Positions 1-8,893 of a stretch of 25,564 bases of DNA are shown one piece after another. The notes under the pieces were generated by a model, which did not search any database, had not been told where the DNA came from, and saw only the letters and a program-made list of their open reading frames with translations. The DNA is taken from IMG/VR virus record IMGVR_UViG_3300006752_000194, positions 1 through 25,564 of that record, one strand, 5' to 3'. This DNA comes from a virus. Taxonomy: Duplodnaviria; Caudoviricetes. The translations under genes were made by a program, and so were the position numbers. How positions within the stretch are numbered: position 1 is the stretch's first letter; each line of letters begins with the position of its first letter.

Positions 1-940
1 GCGCACCATAAACGTGAAGACCTCTTACTATATCACCAAATGAATCAGGGTCACGAATGACTTCTGTTGATGTTATAGCTTGGGCAGTTGCTGTAGATGA
101 GATGTGACCTGCCATAACTTTGCCGGTAGCATTAGATGTTGCTGCGACATTGTTAGACTTGTACATATCAAATCCACGTAATTTACCACTTGATACTAAA
201 CCATTTCTCAATGATCCTTGACCTGCGTTGAAGTCAACGGATAGTAACTTAGAATCTGATTGAGCAAGTTCCTCATAGAATGAAGGTGGTGCTAAGAACC
301 ATCTTCCTTCTTCAGGAATGTTTTGATCATCCAGTTTTCTAGCTAGTCTAGCCATAAGGTCTAGAGCATCGACACCAGTTCCATCAGAACCTAAAAGGTC
401 TACAGAATTAGTAGCGTGAGCTAGTGTTGCATCAGCAGTCGCACTGTCAGAACCGATCAAGTGATCAGGTGACGAAGTGGATATGCCTGCAAACATTTCA
501 GCAATAACACCTGCATCAAATGCATCTTTCAATGCGTATGCAGCAGATGAACTAGCTACTTCTTTGAAGTTCACGTGAGACATTGAAGTTTCAATATCAT
601 CAACGATGAATTTAAAAGCGTTAGCTATATCAACGACCATAGTTAGTTCTTGGTCAGTTAATGCTGTTTTAGTTACGTTAGCACCTCTTTCATATTGATA
701 GACAGTGATTTCCGGTTCTTTAATGATTCTTACAGTATCTCCGAAAGCAGATATTTCTCCTGAGTAATCAGTGTTAGTGATTGCTTCTGCTACCGAAGCT
801 TTTCTGAAAAAGTTTAAAACCTTTTTAGAATAGACTTTCGGTAAGAAAAAGGAGTTAGTCTGACCACTTACGGAATTACCAAAGTTACCATTAGTATCAG
901 TTGATTGCTCAAATAGAGCGTCAGATTGATTAAATGCCAT
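1..940 (-). CDS. Major capsid protein (5' part, runs off the window edge)
   Basis: Not in the ORF track. Translated by hand from ATG at 940: MAFNQSDALFEQSTDTNGNFGNSVSGQTNSFFLPKVYSKKVLNFFRKASVAEAITNTDYSGEISAFGDTVRIIKEPEITV. AAGGAG SD upstream. The F.P..YSK and GEI..GDTV.I motifs fit P22-gp5/T7-like coat proteins, and it follows the scaffold gene. Confidence 0.9.
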   Translation of the reverse strand, partial: MAFNQSDALFEQSTDTNGNFGNSVSGQTNSFFLPKVYSKKVLNFFRKASVAEAITNTDYSGEISAFGDTVRIIKEPEITVYQYERGANVTKTALTDQELTMVVDIANAFKFIVDDIETSMSHVNFKEVASSSAAYALKDAFDAGVIAEMFAGISTSSPDHLIGSDSATADATLAHATNSVDLLGSDGTGVDALDLMARLARKLDDQNIPEEGRWFLAPPSFYEELAQSDSKLLSVDFNAGQGSLRNGLVSSGKLRGFDMYKSNNVAATSNATGKVMAGHISSTATAQAITSTEVIRDPDSFGDIVRGLHVYGA

Positions 941-973
941 AATTATTCTCCTTGAATATTATTAACTTTGTTA

Positions 974-1843
974 TTATATAATTCTACCTTCTTCTAAAGC
1001 TTTGTCGATTTCTGTTTCCAGTCTATCATACTCGTCCATAGATAAGGCAGCAATTTCCTGTTGTGTCCAAATCTTAGGTTCAGTTACATCTGCAGGTTTG
1101 GTAGTCTTAGTAGATACTAAATCTGCTGCATCTGTCCTTGATTTGGTAGGAGTTGATTTCGCAGGTACGATTCCATTTTCAGCTTTAAAAAGATCGATAG
1201 CTTTACTAGCAAGAGTTGCATTGTTTGGATTATTATAAATCCAATCTTTGATCTCTTCAGGTTGGTCTTCTGCCCAATCATGAAATTCATTGCTACTTCT
1301 AAGTTCATCAAAGTCAGGATGTTTATTCAACAAATCTTTCTCTGCTTCTCTTTTTAGTATTTCTGATTCACGATCTTGCATTGCGTCTAATCTTTCTTGC
1401 AGGGTTGCAAGTTTATCTTCACTTTGCAAGTGGGCTACAGATTCAACCACTTCATAAACATCAGGATATTGAGCTTTAAATTGTTCTAGTTCTTCGGGAG
1501 TTTTAGGAGCTACATAATCAGGTTGCGTTTCCGTAACCTTTTGTAGTAACTCTTGCTCTCTAGTTCTAAAATTATTTAAACTATTATCATAATGCTTTTT
1601 CAAGTCATCATATCTTTTTTTGTAATCTGGACGTTTGTGAGTTTGTTGTTTAGTTGGAGCAGGCTCTGCATTCACAGGTTCTACTTCTTCTTCCGAACTT
1701 ACTTGTGGACGTTCAAAAAACAATCCTTCTGCCGTATCTCCATGTTTAGGCATTACATTATCTGTGTGCCATGTTTTTTTCTGGTTATACGGATTTGGTG
1801 TTGCTTCTACGGATTCCTCCTGTATTTGTTCAACTTCTGTCAT
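974..1843 (-). CDS. Capsid scaffolding protein
   Basis: Acidic coiled-coil 289 aa with YKKRYDDLKKHYD and C-terminal EYDRLETEIDKALEEGRII. Directly upstream of the capsid gene, AAGGAG SD. Confidence 0.8.
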   Translation of the reverse strand: MTEVEQIQEESVEATPNPYNQKKTWHTDNVMPKHGDTAEGLFFERPQVSSEEEVEPVNAEPAPTKQQTHKRPDYKKRYDDLKKHYDNSLNNFRTREQELLQKVTETQPDYVAPKTPEELEQFKAQYPDVYEVVESVAHLQSEDKLATLQERLDAMQDRESEILKREAEKDLLNKHPDFDELRSSNEFHDWAEDQPEEIKDWIYNNPNNATLASKAIDLFKAENGIVPAKSTPTKSRTDAADLVSTKTTKPADVTEPKIWTQQEIAALSMDEYDRLETEIDKALEEGRII

Positions 1844-1857
1844 TTTGGTTCTCCTTA

Positions 1858-1977
1858 AGGGCTTGTGCTATTTCCAAGGTAGCCTATTCTAAAAACGTCT
1901 TTTTTATTAGGGGCTTGTCTTACAAGGTAGCTAAAGGTTATAAATTTGGTAGGGGTTACTGACGTAAGTAGCCTACC
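1858..1977 (-). promoter_or_regulatory. Three tandem hairpins with a shared CUAC/C(1-3) internal loop in the scaffold gene leader
   Basis: Minus strand: GGTAGG-CTAC-TTAC-gtca-GTAA-CC-CCTACC; TTAG-CTAC-CTTGT-aag-ACAAG-CCC-CTAA; AGG-CTAC-CTTG-gaaatagca-CAAG-C-CCT. The last hairpin abuts the SD. Confidence 0.7.
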
Positions 1978-1982
1978 GGTTG

Positions 1983-3257
1983 TTAGCTTCTGACGTGTCT
2001 TTGATAAGGGTCAAGCATCATGTTTTCTTTAACTGCTTTACCAACTAAATCTTCTTCTTGACGAAGTAGACCTCCTTGATTATCAATCGTAGTCTTAGTT
2101 ACATTGATGTTTTGTTGTTGTGGTTCTTGTGGAGCAACCATAACTTCTTTCTCTTCTCTTATCATTCCACCTTCATAAGCCATCTGTCTTTGGTCTGCAG
2201 CAGCTTCTGCTTCTTTCATCATAGACATTAAATTGTCTTCTCCGATTTCTGCGGTTGCTTTTGTAGTAAAAACAAATTCTCCATCCGATAACCTTGCGGG
2301 TATCGAATCGGACCTACTAGTTCCCGGACCTTCTACAGTCCCTGAACCAGTAAATTCTGTTGCACTCTCGACTACTTGATCGAATATCTCACTTAGTTTT
2401 GCGTCTTTCTCGAGAGCTGCATTTAAATACATTTTATCTTCTGTAGCTAATGTTTCTTCTACAACATAGTCTACGTAATCTTCTTCCATCTCTTCATCAG
2501 GAAGCATTTCTTGTTCTTGTTCCATTGGCATTTCTTTAGCTTCAACTTTAGCAGGTGCTACAGATATTGCAAGTGCATTCATCTGGTCGTCCATTGCTCC
2601 ACCTTCTGCTTTTTGTCTTCTAATTCCTTCATCTGGGTCTTTGACTTTCCCTTCCCTTAATAAACTTCTCATCCTTGCTCTTTTAATATCTGGACTTATA
2701 TCAGTTTCTCCTTCTGCTCTTAATTGTTTTAGAGCTAATGTTTCGGCTGCCATTTCTTGTGATCTTGATATATCCATTCCGACATCTTGACCTCCCCTAC
2801 TCATTCTATATGTTTCTAACTCAGCTAGTTCTTCTTCTAACATATATTTTAAATTATTTAATTCTTGTTCATCAGCAGTCGTAGTATAGCCTTGTTTATT
2901 TAATTGATTTTCTTTTTGTTCTATTGCTGAAAGACTATCTTTTATTTTTTCATTATCTCCAAAACGATTTAGTAAACGCTTTGCTAACTTACTAGCAAGA
3001 CCACCTAACATAAACATTTGTCTATCTATATCAACTTGATTAGGATAACTAGGGAGAGGATTTAAAAATGCTTGAGCATCTGTTGAACTTCCATGACTTT
3101 TAGCTTGTCCAAATTTTTCTCTTATCGCTTTTGCTATACCGCCTAAAAATTTAGGATTACGTTTTTCTAAATCTTGAAGAAGTTTAAAGTCTTCACTACT
3201 AATTTTACCATCTTTATTAGCATCTAGTTTTTTTTGTTTACCTTTTAAGTTTGCCAT
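1983..3257 (-). CDS. Acidic putative virion/head-associated protein
   Basis: 424 aa between portal and scaffold. N-terminal EF-hand-like DANKDGKISSEDF, a GPGTSRSDSIPARLSDGEFV motif seen in phage structural proteins, and repeated xxxGG motifs. Confidence 0.6.
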   Translation of the reverse strand: MANLKGKQKKLDANKDGKISSEDFKLLQDLEKRNPKFLGGIAKAIREKFGQAKSHGSSTDAQAFLNPLPSYPNQVDIDRQMFMLGGLASKLAKRLLNRFGDNEKIKDSLSAIEQKENQLNKQGYTTTADEQELNNLKYMLEEELAELETYRMSRGGQDVGMDISRSQEMAAETLALKQLRAEGETDISPDIKRARMRSLLREGKVKDPDEGIRRQKAEGGAMDDQMNALAISVAPAKVEAKEMPMEQEQEMLPDEEMEEDYVDYVVEETLATEDKMYLNAALEKDAKLSEIFDQVVESATEFTGSGTVEGPGTSRSDSIPARLSDGEFVFTTKATAEIGEDNLMSMMKEAEAAADQRQMAYEGGMIREEKEVMVAPQEPQQQNINVTKTTIDNQGGLLRQEEDLVGKAVKENMMLDPYQRHVRS

Positions 3258-3487
3258 TAGTCTTCCTTTCTATCTAGTGTGACTTTTACTTCTTCTTTAA
3301 GTTTACTCAATGTTTCCACTAAAGCCCATTTCCCCCGGTTGAGGAACAATTCCTGTTCCGATGTTGCCACCACCAGACCCTGTACGATCAAGTTCTTCTG
3401 GTGATTGAGGTGGTCCTGTAGGGCTTCCCATGCCTGCGGGCTGTTGACCAGTGGGAGGAGTTTCTTCGCCTGTTGTTTGCTGAGCAT
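3257..3487 (-). CDS. Small protein overlapping the portal 3' end in another frame
   Basis: 76 aa, helical. GGA upstream of the ATG. Its stop overlaps the next start (TAATG at 3257), implying translational coupling. Confidence 0.65.
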   Translation of the reverse strand: MLSKQQAKKLLPLVNSPQAWEALQDHLNHQKNLIVQGLVVATSEQELFLNRGKWALVETLSKLKEEVKVTLDRKED

Positions 3488-5498
3488 TTTGCATTCCTAT
3501 TATTTGGGCAGCTATTGCAGCTTCTTCCGGACTGTTCAGAATTTCTTCTGGGTCTAGGTCGAGACTGAAAGCTAGTTCACTAATTAACTTAGACATCTTA
3601 ACAAATGGTGCAACTGCAGGATTCTGTGCAGTTTGCAAGAACATAGTAAGTCTTTGTGATCTAACTTCTTTCTGCATGAGACTTGCTGTACCCATTGCTT
3701 GTATTTCTAGATCACCAACGATATCTAAATCTTCTTCTATAAATTGCATATTCCAATGGAAGAAAGCTTCTCCTAAAGGTTTAAGCAAAAAATCGTCAAT
3801 GTTTTTTATAACTGTTTTAATATTTAAACTTGATGCACCGAGTAGCATTGACATACCTGATGCAGTCCTAGTCATGCTCTGTACTCCTGTCTGCCCATGA
3901 GAGTAACTAGGTATTCCAGTTTGTTCGTCTGCAAGTTGTCTAAACTTGTCAAACATCATCATATTTTCTTGTGCTGTATTTGGAAACTTAATTCCATGTA
4001 TAGACTGTCCCGGCATTCCTGCTTGTCTTCTAAATATCTTTCCGGGATATATATCCATAGACTGTCCACCTACTAAGGCAGACTCATCTACATCAAATAC
4101 TAATGAACCTGATAGGGCTAAGTTATCAATAGCCATCCTAGCATGTCCATTCATTATTTGTTGAGAGTCCAACATGTTTTCAGGAACTCCAATACCAAAG
4201 AAACTATATGGATTCTTTTCGTAAGGGAACGCATGATATGGTAGTGTTGGAGGTGTAAACGGATTTACAACAGCTCTTAATAAATTATGTCCACAAACCC
4301 ATGCATTAATCTGTACTTCATCTAAATCATCTACTGTGTCTGGTAAATCAATACCAACTTCACGAGCATAGTCTGCATCCATGACTCCCCAGTATTCTAA
4401 GATTTCATATCTATCTGAATAGTCTGTTTCACTTCTATCTTCGTCTGCAGTTATCTGATCTTCAAAGTCACGAGCTTCATAGTTCGGACCCATCTGTAAA
4501 CAGTTTCTAATAGCATCCTTATCAAAGTAAGGCATGTGTCTAAGATTACGAACTTGACTTCTATTAAACTTATGTCTGTGAACAATGTAATCACACTCTT
4601 CCATTGTAGTAGCATTAGGGTCAGGATAAAAATCCCAACAACTTACAAACTCTACTCTAGGAACTCGTACATGTGTAGGTGTATAGTTTCTACCTTCTTC
4701 TCCAGTTGTCCAACGATGTAATGTTTTATTAAAACTAAATGGTCCTTTAAGGATTCCAGTACCAAGCATAGCTGATTCAAACAATGCATTACGTAATTCA
4801 GATACACCATTTGATTCTTCTAGTTGATCATGGATTAGTTTTTCCATATTCCTAGCAGCGATCTGTGCAGGGTTTACACTAGGTACAGGCATAGGAGAAC
4901 GACCTGCTGTTAAAACTATTTCTCCATCTACTCCTGTGTAATTATCTTCTAATGAAGATAGAAAACTTTCACCACTTGTTAAAGTAGCTCCCGGTTTTAA
5001 AACATTACCATCACCTTCAAAACCTACATCAAAAGGATTCATAGTTGTTTCAACTTGTGAAACATCAATACCACTTTCTATTTGTGGTCCTTCAATACTT
5101 ACTGGTGCTTGATTTAATTCTATGTGAGCTTCTTTGGCTATACCTTCAGGCAGCCTTGTTTCTTTTACTGATATTGGAAACTCACCTGTTCCAAACAGTA
5201 CGTCAATAAGTTGACCATAGGCAGCTACTGTTTTAGTTTTAGTAACTTTAATGAATACTCTTGACTTTTCAGATTCTCTAAACCTAACTCGTTTACCATA
5301 TAAACCTCTAAAGTTTTGATATGATTGTAACCATCGTTCTTCATCACCCTGCCTAGCTCTTTCTGCTTCAGCAAAACGACTTTTAATAATCCCTACAAGA
5401 TTTCTACTTTGTCCTTCTTCAAGTTGTAGACTTTTTCCATCTTCACCTTCTACGTCTACGTAAAGGTTATCTGCATTTAGAAATGTATTTTCTTCCAT
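3303..5498 (-). CDS. Portal (head-tail connector) protein
   Basis: Follows terL. Motifs WDFYPDP, PYSFFGIG and TRTASGMSML. Start moved to the MEENTF ATG at 5498, just after the terL stop at 5500. Confidence 0.9.
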   Translation of the reverse strand: MEENTFLNADNLYVDVEGEDGKSLQLEEGQSRNLVGIIKSRFAEAERARQGDEERWLQSYQNFRGLYGKRVRFRESEKSRVFIKVTKTKTVAAYGQLIDVLFGTGEFPISVKETRLPEGIAKEAHIELNQAPVSIEGPQIESGIDVSQVETTMNPFDVGFEGDGNVLKPGATLTSGESFLSSLEDNYTGVDGEIVLTAGRSPMPVPSVNPAQIAARNMEKLIHDQLEESNGVSELRNALFESAMLGTGILKGPFSFNKTLHRWTTGEEGRNYTPTHVRVPRVEFVSCWDFYPDPNATTMEECDYIVHRHKFNRSQVRNLRHMPYFDKDAIRNCLQMGPNYEARDFEDQITADEDRSETDYSDRYEILEYWGVMDADYAREVGIDLPDTVDDLDEVQINAWVCGHNLLRAVVNPFTPPTLPYHAFPYEKNPYSFFGIGVPENMLDSQQIMNGHARMAIDNLALSGSLVFDVDESALVGGQSMDIYPGKIFRRQAGMPGQSIHGIKFPNTAQENMMMFDKFRQLADEQTGIPSYSHGQTGVQSMTRTASGMSMLLGASSLNIKTVIKNIDDFLLKPLGEAFFHWNMQFIEEDLDIVGDLEIQAMGTASLMQKEVRSQRLTMFLQTAQNPAVAPFVKMSKLISELAFSLDLDPEEILNSPEEAAIAAQIIGMQNAQQTTGEETPPTGQQPAGMGSPTGPPQSPEELDRTGSGGGNIGTGIVPQPGEMGFSGNIE

Positions 5499-5499
5499 A

Positions 5500-7221
5500 T
5501 TAATATCCAAAAGTAGAATCAGAAGCTTCAAATGTACGTTGCTTTAAACGTATCATATCTGAAATAGGGTCTGACATTCTAGGTCTACTCATTATTAAAT
5601 ACCTTAACGCATCATAAGCGTGATCCTGTGCATGCGTATCTACATCCTCAGGATTCGTTTTAGACAAAGGTATACTTTGTAATTCTTTTATTAAGTCAGG
5701 ACAAGTATTAAATATCTGCAAGCGTGGTCTACTTTCTGGAGTTGCTTGTTTTAAATATTCGTGTATTTGCACTTTTCCTGCTATTCTATTTTTATCTGCT
5801 CGTCTAAGTTTATGTCCTGCTTTAATCAAGACTTCACCAATGGTAGGACCTGTGTAACCTGTCCTAGCCCATGCAGCAGTATCTAGTACTCCTGCAATAG
5901 AACGATACTCTTCTTTTTCTCGTTCGGTAATCTGTGCTCCGAGTGCTTCACCTGTAAGACCTTTTTGATAAAGTTCTCTATATATAATGAGGGTCTTATC
6001 TTGTGGATCAACAGCAGCCCAAAGACAACAGCTTTCCGAAGCGTAACCATAGTCGATCCCCTTGACTCTTTCCCAATGTAAGGGTATGTCAAATGGTGGT
6101 ACTACGTGTACAGATGGATCAAACTCTACAAAAGCTGCTCCTTCATTTACTTCCCAGTTACCTTCTAATAATTGTTTTCTTTGGATTGGAGGTAGTGAAA
6201 GGAGCATGCGTTCATACTCACCATCTTTTGCTAAGTAAGGATTATCCATTAACTTAGCCGGAATAAACTTTCTTGTTAAACCATCCGAACCTATAAAAGA
6301 TTTATTAGGTTCATCTGATTCCAAATATCTTTTCTTTACCCAATGTGCTCCAACACCTCCCGGGTTTGCAGTACAACGTAAATAAGTTTTTATAGCAGGG
6401 TCTGTTGTTCTTAAACGTGAAGCTAAATAGTTCCACCCGAACTCAGTTGGTAAGTGAGTTATCTCATCAAACCCTATCCAACTGTATGCTTGACCTTGGT
6501 ATCTATATACGTCTGCATCTTTTTCCAAGAAACCAAATTCTATTTTAGCTCCACTTGGAAAGTTCCAAATCTTTTCTACTTCTCTAAACTTTGCACCGGG
6601 AAAAGCTTTTGGATATAATTCTCTACTTTTATCTATCAGTTCTCGTAACTCTGGCATAGACCTTCTAAGTATTAAAGCTCTATGTCCTTTAATGTGACAA
6701 GACCTCAATGGGTCTATCAACATTGCAAAACTTTTACCACCACCGGCTGCACCACCATAAAGAACATCTTTTTCGTCTGCTGCTAAGAAGTCTGTCTGTG
6801 GTCCTTCATTCGGCATAAACGCAACAAAAGAATTAGTCTCATTTAAATGAGCCTGTACAGAATCTGCAAGTTGGCTAACTTCGTTCTTAGTTACTACCTT
6901 CCCTTCTTTTGATACTGTCCCTTCATCCGATGCGTTCTCAAACTTACGGATGGTTGTTTCCTGTTGTCTGAGTGTTTGCTTTTTGGATCGTAATTTCTTT
7001 TCGAGTTTTTCAACTGCTTTCCTCTTTGAAGTTAATGATCTACGAGCTGCTTGTTTCTTCTGAACTGCAGAAGAATATGCATAATTAGATTTCGACCCTT
7101 TAGGTCTTCCTCCCTTCTTTCGAGGTGTTCCATCTTTCTTAAGTATAAGGTTACCTTCAGAATCTGTCAAGTATTGAGTTGAATTTATTTCTGTCGGATT
7201 CTTCTTGTCGTTGTCTGTCAT
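5500..7221 (-). CDS. terL: Terminase large subunit
   Basis: Walker A GGAAGGGKS, Walker B IGFDE, TANPGG coupling motif, nuclease GIDYG and DHAYDALRY. Confidence 0.95.
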   Translation of the reverse strand: MTDNDKKNPTEINSTQYLTDSEGNLILKKDGTPRKKGGRPKGSKSNYAYSSAVQKKQAARRSLTSKRKAVEKLEKKLRSKKQTLRQQETTIRKFENASDEGTVSKEGKVVTKNEVSQLADSVQAHLNETNSFVAFMPNEGPQTDFLAADEKDVLYGGAAGGGKSFAMLIDPLRSCHIKGHRALILRRSMPELRELIDKSRELYPKAFPGAKFREVEKIWNFPSGAKIEFGFLEKDADVYRYQGQAYSWIGFDEITHLPTEFGWNYLASRLRTTDPAIKTYLRCTANPGGVGAHWVKKRYLESDEPNKSFIGSDGLTRKFIPAKLMDNPYLAKDGEYERMLLSLPPIQRKQLLEGNWEVNEGAAFVEFDPSVHVVPPFDIPLHWERVKGIDYGYASESCCLWAAVDPQDKTLIIYRELYQKGLTGEALGAQITEREKEEYRSIAGVLDTAAWARTGYTGPTIGEVLIKAGHKLRRADKNRIAGKVQIHEYLKQATPESRPRLQIFNTCPDLIKELQSIPLSKTNPEDVDTHAQDHAYDALRYLIMSRPRMSDPISDMIRLKQRTFEASDSTFGY

Positions 7222-7456
7222 ACTTCTTATCTATGTGTTTTTTTAATCCCATCCTTGAGAGTTTACGATTTGTACTTGCTTCTAACCAGTCTACTGCAAC
7301 AGCTAAACTGATCTCATCATTCTTAACCATTTGTGATACAACATCTAATGCATGTATCTGTTCAGTAATAGGTTTAAGATAACCATCTACTTCTATATCA
7401 ACTTCATATCCAAAAGGTATGGTTGATGTTTTTCTTTTTATATATCCTTCTTTCAT
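7157..7456 (-). CDS. Hypothetical protein, possibly DNA-binding (IPFGY motif like recombinase DNA-binding domains)
   Basis: 99 aa, ATGA overlap with the iscU stop, overlaps the terL start. Confidence 0.65.
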   Translation of the reverse strand: MKEGYIKRKTSTIPFGYEVDIEVDGYLKPITEQIHALDVVSQMVKNDEISLAVAVDWLEASTNRKLSRMGLKKHIDKKYDRQRQEESDRNKFNSILDRF

Positions 7457-7869
7457 AACTGATTGTGCTTTCTATAAGCTGTCTTTGTTTCCCAATCTTC
7501 TATTGCTTTTGCAATACTATCTTCTGCAAGAACAGAACAATGTAACTTTATTGGTGGTAACTCTAATGCTTCTGCAATATCTTTATCTTTAATAAGCTTT
7601 GCTTCTTGTATTGTTTTACCCTTAAGCATATCTACAAACAATGTAGAGGATGCGATAGCACTACCACAACCATAGGTTTTAAACTTAACATCTTCTATTA
7701 AGTCCCCATCTAGTTTAAGTTGTAGTCTCATTACATCACCACAAGCCGGTGCACCTGTCATACCTGTAGCTACGTTAGGGTCTGTAGAATCAAACCTACC
7801 TACTGCATGTTTCTCAGGTTCGTTGAGTACACTATCAAACCTGTCAAGTACTTGTTGTGAATATGCCAT
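7453..7869 (-). CDS. iscU: Fe-S cluster scaffold protein IscU (auxiliary metabolic gene)
   Basis: MAYS start, GAPACGDVM, FKTYGCGSAIASS, LPPIKLHCS. All three Cys, the His and an LPPVK-like chaperone motif are present. Confidence 0.95.
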   Translation of the reverse strand: MAYSQQVLDRFDSVLNEPEKHAVGRFDSTDPNVATGMTGAPACGDVMRLQLKLDGDLIEDVKFKTYGCGSAIASSTLFVDMLKGKTIQEAKLIKDKDIAEALELPPIKLHCSVLAEDSIAKAIEDWETKTAYRKHNQL

Positions 7870-8018
7870 TACTTATTAAATATCCGATCCCAGTTGTTAT
7901 CAAATTCTTCTTTAGATATAGTCAAAGGTCTTGATCTAGAACCTTTACCTATACGTCCACCATTCTTTTTATTTGTCATAAGAACTGGTTTTTCATTACT
8001 TCCTATTTGATTACTCAT
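7869..8018 (-). CDS. Small hypothetical protein (49 aa)
   Basis: Hand translation MSNQIGSNEKPVLMTNKKNGGRIGKGSRSRPLTISKEEFDNNWDRIFNK. TAATG overlaps at both ends. Confidence 0.75.
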   Translation of the reverse strand: MSNQIGSNEKPVLMTNKKNGGRIGKGSRSRPLTISKEEFDNNWDRIFNK

Positions 8019-8164
8019 TAAAATATCCTTGAATTTATATACATTAGTAACATCATAAGTGCTAACATACTAACTTGAATAACTGACATAATAGCTACAA
8101 GACTTAATTGTTTCTTTGCCAACCAACTTAATTCTTTCTCTTGCCATTCTTCTGGTGTTACCAT
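8018..8164 (-). CDS. Small single-pass membrane protein (48 aa)
   Basis: Hand translation MVTPEEWQEKELSWLAKKQLSLVAIMSVIQVSMLALMMLLMYINSRIF. Exactly fills the gap, overlapping both neighbours. Confidence 0.65.
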   Translation of the reverse strand: MVTPEEWQEKELSWLAKKQLSLVAIMSVIQVSMLALMMLLMYINSRIF

Positions 8165-8469
8165 TTTACTTTATCAGCCCAATAAGCTGCTGACATCTTG
8201 CCTTTAGCTATGTTCTTTCCATGCCTAGCCTTAAAAGACTTACGCTTTGCTTTCATTCTAGCAGACTCACCTGCTTTAGGTTTACCTGCAGTCTTTGCAC
8301 CTTTCTGTCCAAACCTTATGGTTTTAATCTTATCCCCTTCTTTTGCCACAACTATGTGTGACTTCTTAGGATGATTAGGAGTTCTTTTAGGTTTGTTAAA
8401 ACCACTAACACCTGCTCTTTTTAAACGTGAGTCTTTAGCTTTCCCACCTTTTTTATATTCTTCTCTCAT
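8158..8469 (-). CDS. Highly basic hypothetical protein
   Basis: 103 aa, Lys-rich, with IRFGQ..G, SFKARH and SAAYWADKVKW. Overlaps neighbours. Confidence 0.8.
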   Translation of the reverse strand: MREEYKKGGKAKDSRLKRAGVSGFNKPKRTPNHPKKSHIVVAKEGDKIKTIRFGQKGAKTAGKPKAGESARMKAKRKSFKARHGKNIAKGKMSAAYWADKVKW

Positions 8470-8708
8470 CGTTTCTTTCCTTTATGTAGTCCATGCTTAG
8501 CATGTTGTTTACCTTTCTTAGTTGCTTCTCTTTTCTTTTTATTAGCTGCTGCAAGTTTACTCTTACCCTTTGCAGTTGATTTAAGTTTCTTTATTGTAGC
8601 TGCAGGTGCATAAACCTCTCCAGTTTCTGAAGACTTCTTTCCACTAGCAGTTCTCCACTTCTGTTTAGTCCAACGCTTTAAAGACTTCTGAGACTTCTTA
8701 AGTGCCAT
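8466..8708 (-). CDS. Highly basic protein (DUF5872-like, C-terminal half)
   Basis: SQKSLKRWTKQKWRT motif; family call from memory. Confidence 0.7.
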   Translation of the reverse strand: MALKKSQKSLKRWTKQKWRTASGKKSSETGEVYAPAATIKKLKSTAKGKSKLAAANKKKREATKKGKQHAKHGLHKGKKR

Positions 8709-8893
8709 TACTTATAACCTCCACCTTTAGCTTTGTATTCTTTAGCAAGCATCTGAGCCTTCCTAGCACTCCATTGTCCGGGTCTACCACCTTTACCCCC
8801 TGCTTTAATCTTATTGAAAAGATTCTTTCTCATCGTAGGTTTGGTATAGTTACCTGCTTTATTTACTGTCGATTTCTTTTTCTTTGCTGCCAT
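8708..8893 (-). CDS. Highly basic protein (DUF5872-like, N-terminal half)
   Basis: GQWSARKAQMLAKEYKAKGGGYK motif; TAATG coupling; family call from memory. Confidence 0.7.
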   Translation of the reverse strand: MAAKKKKSTVNKAGNYTKPTMRKNLFNKIKAGGKGGRPGQWSARKAQMLAKEYKAKGGGYK

